DNA of 64,000 nucleotides from Escherichia coli (GTDB lineage Bacteria; Pseudomonadota; Gammaproteobacteria; Enterobacterales; Enterobacteriaceae): NCBI RefSeq assembly GCF_051903065.1, contig NZ_CP178438.1; one strand, 5' to 3'. Shown piece by piece: positions 58,254 to 64,000 of this stretch (position 1 is its first letter; each line of letters starts with the position of its first letter). The notes under the pieces were generated by a model. It saw only the letters and a program-made list of their open reading frames with translations, ran no database searches and was not told where the DNA came from. The position numbers and the translations under genes were made by a program.

Positions 58254-58402
58254 TCTTTTTGTTCTGTAAGCCGGGTAAGCGCAATGCGCCCGGCAATCCA
58301 TAAAGAATGTCGCCAGAAATAAACGGGCATACGGCCCGGGGATCTCTGCGCCCTGACGTTCACAAACTGCATATATCTGATAGTCGTGAAACAGGAGTCA
58401 TA

Positions 58403-59890
58403 ATGAATTTTCATCATCTGGCTTACTGGCAGGATAAAGCGTTAAGTCTCGCCATTGAAACCCGCTTATTTATTAACGGTGAATATACTGCTGCGGCGGA
58501 AAATGAAACCTTTGAAACCGTTGATCCGGTCACCCAGGCACCGCTGGCGAAAATTGCCCGCGGCAAGAGCGTCGATATCGACCGTGCGGTGAGCGCAGCA
58601 CGCGGCGTATTTGAACGCGGCGACTGGTCACTCTCTTCTCCGGCTAAACGTAAAGCAGTGCTGAATAAACTCGCCGATTTAATGGAAGCCAACGCCGAAG
58701 AGCTGGCACTGCTGGAAACTCTCGACACCGGCAAACCGATTCGTCACAGTCTGCGAGATGATATTCCCGGCGCGGCGCGCGCCATTCGCTGGTACGCCGA
58801 AGCGATCGACAAAGTGTATGGCGAAGTGGCGACCACCAGTAGCCATGAGCTGGCGATGATCGTGCGTGAACCGGTCGGCGTAATTGCCGCCATTGTACCG
58901 TGGAACTTCCCGCTGCTGCTGACTTGCTGGAAGCTTGGCCCGGCGCTGGCGGCGGGAAACAGCGTGATTCTAAAACCGTCTGAAAAATCACCGCTCAGTG
59001 CGATTCGTCTCGCGGGGCTGGCGAAAGAAGCAGGCTTGCCGGATGGTGTGTTGAACGTAGTAACGGGTTTTGGTCATGAAGCGGGGCAGGCGCTGTCGCG
59101 CCATAACGATATCGATGCCATCGCCTTTACCGGTTCAACCCGTACCGGGAAACAGCTGCTGAAAGATGCGGGCGACAGCAACATGAAACGCGTCTGGCTG
59201 GAAGCGGGCGGCAAAAGCGCCAACATCGTTTTCGCTGACTGCCCGGATTTGCAACAGGCGGCAAGCGCCACCGCAGCAGGCATCTTCTACAACCAGGGTC
59301 AGGTGTGCATCGCCGGAACGCGCCTGTTGCTGGAAGAGAGCATTGCCGATGAATTCTTAGCCCTGTTAAAACAGCAGGCGCAAAACTGGCAGCCGGGCCA
59401 TCCACTTGATCCCGCAACCACCATGGGCACCTTAATCGACTGCGCCCACGCCGACTCGGTCCATAGCTTTATTCGGGAAGGCGAAAGCAAAGGGCAACTG
59501 TTGTTGGATGGCCGTAACGCCGGGCTGGCTGCCGCCATCGGCCCGACCATCTTTGTGGATGTAGACCCGAATGCGTCCTTAAGCCGCGAAGAGATTTTCG
59601 GTCCGGTGCTGGTGGTCACGCGTTTCACATCAGAAGAACAGGCGCTACAGCTTGCCAACGACAGCCAGTACGGCCTTGGCGCGGCGGTATGGACGCGCGA
59701 CCTCTCCCGCGCGCACCGCATGAGCCGACGCCTGAAAGCCGGTTCCGTCTTCGTCAATAACTACAACGACGGCGATATGACCGTGCCGTTTGGCGGCTAT
59801 AAGCAGAGCGGCAACGGTCGCGACAAATCCCTGCATGCCCTTGAAAAATTCACCGAACTGAAAACCATCTGGATAAGCCTGGAGGCCTGA
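58403..59890 (+). CDS. puuC: gamma-glutamyl-gamma-aminobutyraldehyde dehydrogenase PuuC (495 aa)
   Basis: Aldehyde dehydrogenase family; start MNFHHLAYWQDKALS; ORF track has an upstream extension. Confidence 0.93.
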   Translation: MNFHHLAYWQDKALSLAIETRLFINGEYTAAAENETFETVDPVTQAPLAKIARGKSVDIDRAVSAARGVFERGDWSLSSPAKRKAVLNKLADLMEANAEELALLETLDTGKPIRHSLRDDIPGAARAIRWYAEAIDKVYGEVATTSSHELAMIVREPVGVIAAIVPWNFPLLLTCWKLGPALAAGNSVILKPSEKSPLSAIRLAGLAKEAGLPDGVLNVVTGFGHEAGQALSRHNDIDAIAFTGSTRTGKQLLKDAGDSNMKRVWLEAGGKSANIVFADCPDLQQAASATAAGIFYNQGQVCIAGTRLLLEESIADEFLALLKQQAQNWQPGHPLDPATTMGTLIDCAHADSVHSFIREGESKGQLLLDGRNAGLAAAIGPTIFVDVDPNASLSREEIFGPVLVVTRFTSEEQALQLANDSQYGLGAAVWTRDLSRAHRMSRRLKAGSVFVNNYNDGDMTVPFGGYKQSGNGRDKSLHALEKFTELKTIWISLEA

Positions 59891-59891
59891 A

Positions 59892-61172
59892 ATGACCGAA
59901 CATACCAGCAGTTATTACGCCGCCAGTGCGAATAAATACGCGCCATTCGACACGCTGAATGAGTCGATTTCCTGCGACGTTTGCGTGGTCGGCGGCGGCT
60001 ATACCGGGCTTTCCTCCGCGCTGCATCTGGCAGAAGCGGGCTTTGACGTGGTGGTTCTTGAAGCCTCACGCATCGGCTTCGGCGCAAGCGGACGCAACGG
60101 CGGGCAGCTTGTGAACTCCTACAGCCGTGACATCGACGTGATCGAAAAAAGCTACGGCATGGACACCGCCCGTATGCTCGGCAGCATGATGTTCGAAGGT
60201 GGTGAGATCATCCGCGAACGTATCAAACGTTATCAGATTGACTGCGACTATCGTCCTGGCGGTCTGTTTGTGGCGATGAATGATAAACAACTCGCCACAC
60301 TCGAAGAGCAGAAAGAGAACTGGGAACGCTACGGCAATAAACAACTGGAACTGCTGGACGCCAACGCCATTCGCCGTGAAGTGGCCAGCGACCGCTACAC
60401 CGGCGCGCTGTTGGATCACAGCGGCGGACATATTCACCCGTTGAACCTCGCCATTGGCGAAGCCGATGCCATTCGTCTCAACGGCGGACGTGTGTATGAG
60501 CTTTCTGCGGTGACGCAGATCCAGCACACCACGCCCGCCGTGGTGCGTACTACCAAAGGCCAGGTGACGGCGAAGTATGTAATTGTCGCCGGGAATGCGT
60601 ATCTGGGCGATAAAGTGGAGCCGGAACTGGCGAAACGCAGCATGCCGTGCGGCACGCAGGTGATCACCACCGAGCGGCTATCAGACGATTTAGCCCGTTC
60701 GCTGATCCCGAAAAACTACTGCGTTGAAGACTGTAACTATCTGCTTGATTACTACCGTCTGACTGCCGACAACCGCCTGCTGTACGGCGGCGGGGTAGTG
60801 TATGGCGCACGCGACCCGGATGACGTTGAGCGCCTTGTGGTGCCGAAACTGCTGAAAACCTTCCCGCAACTGAAGGGCGTCAAAATCGACTATCGCTGGA
60901 CGGGCAACTTCCTGCTGACCCTGTCGCGTATGCCGCAGTTCGGTCGCCTCGATACCAACATCTATTACATGCAGGGCTACAGCGGCCACGGCGTCACTTG
61001 TACCCACCTCGCCGGGCGTCTGATTGCCGAACTGCTGCGCGGCGACGCCGAACGTTTCGATGCCTTCGCCAATCTGCCGCATTACCCGTTCCCCGGCGGG
61101 CGCACGCTGCGTGTGCCGTTTACCGCGATGGGCGCGGCTTATTACAGCCTGCGCGATCGTCTGGGCGTTTAA
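59892..61172 (+). CDS. puuB: gamma-glutamylputrescine oxidase PuuB (426 aa)
   Basis: FAD-binding GGGYTG motif. Confidence 0.93.
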   Translation: MTEHTSSYYAASANKYAPFDTLNESISCDVCVVGGGYTGLSSALHLAEAGFDVVVLEASRIGFGASGRNGGQLVNSYSRDIDVIEKSYGMDTARMLGSMMFEGGEIIRERIKRYQIDCDYRPGGLFVAMNDKQLATLEEQKENWERYGNKQLELLDANAIRREVASDRYTGALLDHSGGHIHPLNLAIGEADAIRLNGGRVYELSAVTQIQHTTPAVVRTTKGQVTAKYVIVAGNAYLGDKVEPELAKRSMPCGTQVITTERLSDDLARSLIPKNYCVEDCNYLLDYYRLTADNRLLYGGGVVYGARDPDDVERLVVPKLLKTFPQLKGVKIDYRWTGNFLLTLSRMPQFGRLDTNIYYMQGYSGHGVTCTHLAGRLIAELLRGDAERFDAFANLPHYPFPGGRTLRVPFTAMGAAYYSLRDRLGV

Positions 61173-61209
61173 TTTCCGATTAACAGTGAAGAGTCAAAAG
61201 GTGTGAAAC

Positions 61210-62475
61210 ATGAGCAACAATGAATTCCATCAGCGTCGTCTTTCTGCCACCCCGCGCGGGGTTGGCGTGATGTGTAACTTCTTCGCCCAGTCGGCAGAAA
61301 ACGCCACGCTTAAGGATGTTGAGGGCAACGAGTACATCGATTTCGCCGCAGGCATTGCGGTGCTGAACACGGGGCATCGCCACCCTGAATTGGTCGCGGC
61401 GGTGGAGCAGCAACTGCAACAGTTTACCCACACCGCGTACCAGATTGTGCCGTATGAAAGCTACGTCACCCTTGCGGAGAAAATCAACGCCCTTGCCCCG
61501 GTGAGCGGGCAGGCTAAAACTGCGTTCTTCACCACCGGCGCGGAAGCGGTGGAAAACGCGGTGAAAATCGCCCGCGCCCATACCGGACGCCCTGGTGTGA
61601 TTGCGTTTAGCGGCGGCTTCCACGGTCGTACGTATATGACTATGGCGTTAACTGGAAAGGTCGCGCCGTACAAAATCGGCTTCGGCCCGTTCCCTGGTTC
61701 GGTGTATCACGTAGCTTATCCGTCAGATTTACATGGCGTTTCAACACAGGACTCCCTCGACGCCATCGAACGCTTGTTTAAATCAGACATCGAAGCGAAG
61801 CAGGTCGCGGCCATTATTTTCGAACCGGTGCAGGGCGAGGGCGGTTTCAACGTTGCACCCAAAGAGCTGGTTGCCGCCATTCGCCGCCTGTGCGACGAGC
61901 ACGGTATTGTGATGATTGCTGATGAAGTGCAAAGCGGCTTTGCGCGTACCGGTAAGCTGTTTGCCATGGATCATTACGCCGATAAGCCGGATTTAATGAC
62001 GATGGCGAAAAGCCTCGCGGGCGGGATGCCGCTTTCGGGCGTGGTCGGTAACGCGAATATTATGGACGCACCCGCGCCGGGCGGGCTTGGCGGCACCTAC
62101 GCCGGTAACCCGCTGGCGGTGGCTGCTGCGCACGCGGTGCTCAACATTATCGACAAAGAATCACTCTGCGAACGCGCGAATCAACTGGGCCAGCGTCTGA
62201 CAAACACGCTGATTGATGCCAAAGAAAGCGTTCCGGCCATCGCGGCGGTACGTGGTCTGGGCTCGATGATTGCGGCAGAATTTAACGACCCGCAAACGGG
62301 CGAACCGTCAGCCGCCATTGCGCAAAAAATTCAGCAACGCGCGCTGGCGCAGGGACTGCTTCTACTGACCTGTGGCGCATACGGCAACGTGATTCGTTTC
62401 CTGTATCCGCTGACCATCCCGGATGCGCAATTCGATGCGGCAATGAAAATTTTGCAGGATGCGCTGAGAGATTAA
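61210..62475 (+). CDS. puuE: 4-aminobutyrate aminotransferase PuuE (421 aa)
   Basis: Class III PLP aminotransferase. Confidence 0.93.
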   Translation: MSNNEFHQRRLSATPRGVGVMCNFFAQSAENATLKDVEGNEYIDFAAGIAVLNTGHRHPELVAAVEQQLQQFTHTAYQIVPYESYVTLAEKINALAPVSGQAKTAFFTTGAEAVENAVKIARAHTGRPGVIAFSGGFHGRTYMTMALTGKVAPYKIGFGPFPGSVYHVAYPSDLHGVSTQDSLDAIERLFKSDIEAKQVAAIIFEPVQGEGGFNVAPKELVAAIRRLCDEHGIVMIADEVQSGFARTGKLFAMDHYADKPDLMTMAKSLAGGMPLSGVVGNANIMDAPAPGGLGGTYAGNPLAVAAAHAVLNIIDKESLCERANQLGQRLTNTLIDAKESVPAIAAVRGLGSMIAAEFNDPQTGEPSAAIAQKIQQRALAQGLLLLTCGAYGNVIRFLYPLTIPDAQFDAAMKILQDALRD

Positions 62476-62554
62476 TACGCAGAAGCAGGGGCAACGCAAT
62501 AATGCCTGATATGCTGCGCTTATCAGACCTGCAAACGACGTATTGATTATGTAT

Positions 62555-62585
62555 GCCGGATAAGGCGTTCACGCCGCATCCGGCA
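62555..62585. repeat. REP element between puuE and pspF
   Basis: gccggataaggcgttcacgccgcatccggca. Confidence 0.8.
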
Positions 62586-62605
62586 AGTTGTATTGCCCAA
62601 CTTCG

Positions 62606-63583
62606 CTAAATCTGGTGCTTTTTCAACAACGCGCGGAACTGATGATAGGTTAACCCCAGCAATTCAGCTGCGCGCTTCTGGTTATATTTCCCTTGTTGCA
62701 AACTGAGTTGCAGCAACTCTTTTTCCTGCTGCATCTGAAACTCACGTAAATCCAGCGGCAGCATCGGAAGCGAGGTGTTTTCTGAAACGGCGTTGGCTTC
62801 TTCTGGTGGACGCCGTTTAAAGGGATCAAGAATGATGTCATCAAGCGGATAATCGCTGGTGCCGTGGCGATACACTGAACGTTCCACCACGTTTTTCAAT
62901 TCACGAATATTTCCCGGCCAGCGATAATTCAGCAATGTTTCTCTGGCGTGCTCGGTAAAACCTGGGAACAGAGGCAGCTTGATTTCCCGACACATCTGGA
63001 TGGCAAAGTGTTCCGCCATCAACATAATGTCACTTTCGCGCTCGCGCAGTGGTGGCAGTTGCACAACATCAAAAGCCAGGCGGTCGAGCAGGTCAGCGCG
63101 AAAAGTACCTTCATTGACCATCGCCGGGAGATCGGCATTCGTCGCGCATACCAACCGCACATTCACCTGCAACGGCTGGCTGCCGCCAACGCGCTCCAGT
63201 TCACCGTACTCAATCACGCGCAATAATTTTTCCTGCACCATCATCGGTGCTGTAGCGAGTTCATCAAGAAATAGCGTACCGCCGTCGGCACGTTCAAATC
63301 TCCCTGGATGACGTTTTTGCGCACCGGTAAACGCCCCCGCTTCGTGACCAAACAGTTCGGAATCCAGCAGATTTTCATTTAACGCCGCGCAGTTAAGGGA
63401 AATAAACGGCCCTTGCCAACGGGAGGAGAGATAATGCAGGCGGCTGGCAATCAGCTCTTTACCGGTGCCGCGTTCGCCGATGATGAGCACCGGTTTGTCC
63501 AGTGGTGCGAGATGCGAAACCTGTTCCAGCACTTCGAGAAAGCTGTTCGCCTCACCGAGTAAATTATCTTTGTATTCTGCCAT
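62606..63583 (-). CDS. pspF: sigma-54 enhancer-binding activator PspF (325 aa)
   Basis: AAA+ sigma-54 interaction domain (GERGTGKE, GAFTGA); start MAEYKDNLLGEANS; C-terminal HTH. Confidence 0.95.
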   Translation of the reverse strand: MAEYKDNLLGEANSFLEVLEQVSHLAPLDKPVLIIGERGTGKELIASRLHYLSSRWQGPFISLNCAALNENLLDSELFGHEAGAFTGAQKRHPGRFERADGGTLFLDELATAPMMVQEKLLRVIEYGELERVGGSQPLQVNVRLVCATNADLPAMVNEGTFRADLLDRLAFDVVQLPPLRERESDIMLMAEHFAIQMCREIKLPLFPGFTEHARETLLNYRWPGNIRELKNVVERSVYRHGTSDYPLDDIILDPFKRRPPEEANAVSENTSLPMLPLDLREFQMQQEKELLQLSLQQGKYNQKRAAELLGLTYHQFRALLKKHQI

Positions 63584-63677
63584 GATGAAATTCGCCACTT
63601 GTTAGTGTAATTCGCTAATTCATCCTGGCATGTTGCTGTTGATTCTTCAATCAGATCTTTATAAATCAAAAAGATAA

Positions 63678-64000
<323 letters not shown>

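Noticed and set aside
59299-61082. Several 100-150-aa minus-strand ORFs across puuC and puuB
   Set aside because: Antisense to clearly identified aldehyde dehydrogenase and oxidase genes; GC-rich antisense frames

Overview
The window reads as an Escherichia coli K-12-like chromosomal segment in the conserved order yciI–tonB–yciABC–ompW–yciEFG–trpABCDE/trpL–yciV–yciO–yciQ–rluB–btuR–yciK–sohB–yciN–topA–cysB–ymiA–yciX–acnA–ribA–pgpB–lapAB–pyrF–yciH–osmB–yciT–yciZ–pdeR–rnb–yciW–fabI–[accessory]–sapFDCBA–ymjA–puuPADRCBE–pspF–pspA(partial). Gene identities were recognised from the translated ORFs and conserved order; no search was run. No tRNA, rRNA or CRISPR array was seen. Three things depart from the K-12 reference as I remember it: (1) an intact 768-bp IS1 between yciT and osmB, inserted into the loop of a palindromic hairpin with an 8-bp target duplication; (2) a second, inverted IS1 upstream of fabI with no target duplication, whose right end abuts the in-frame C-terminal ~780 codons of an AcrB/MexB-type RND pump, followed by tightly coupled outer-membrane-factor and Bcr/CflA-type MFS genes, all sitting where K-12 has ycjD; (3) yciQ split into two overlapping frames. 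The IS1-truncated efflux cluster is the main accessory feature; it looks like a decayed acquired efflux operon rather than a clearly new system, and I cannot tell from sequence alone whether it is already described in other strains.
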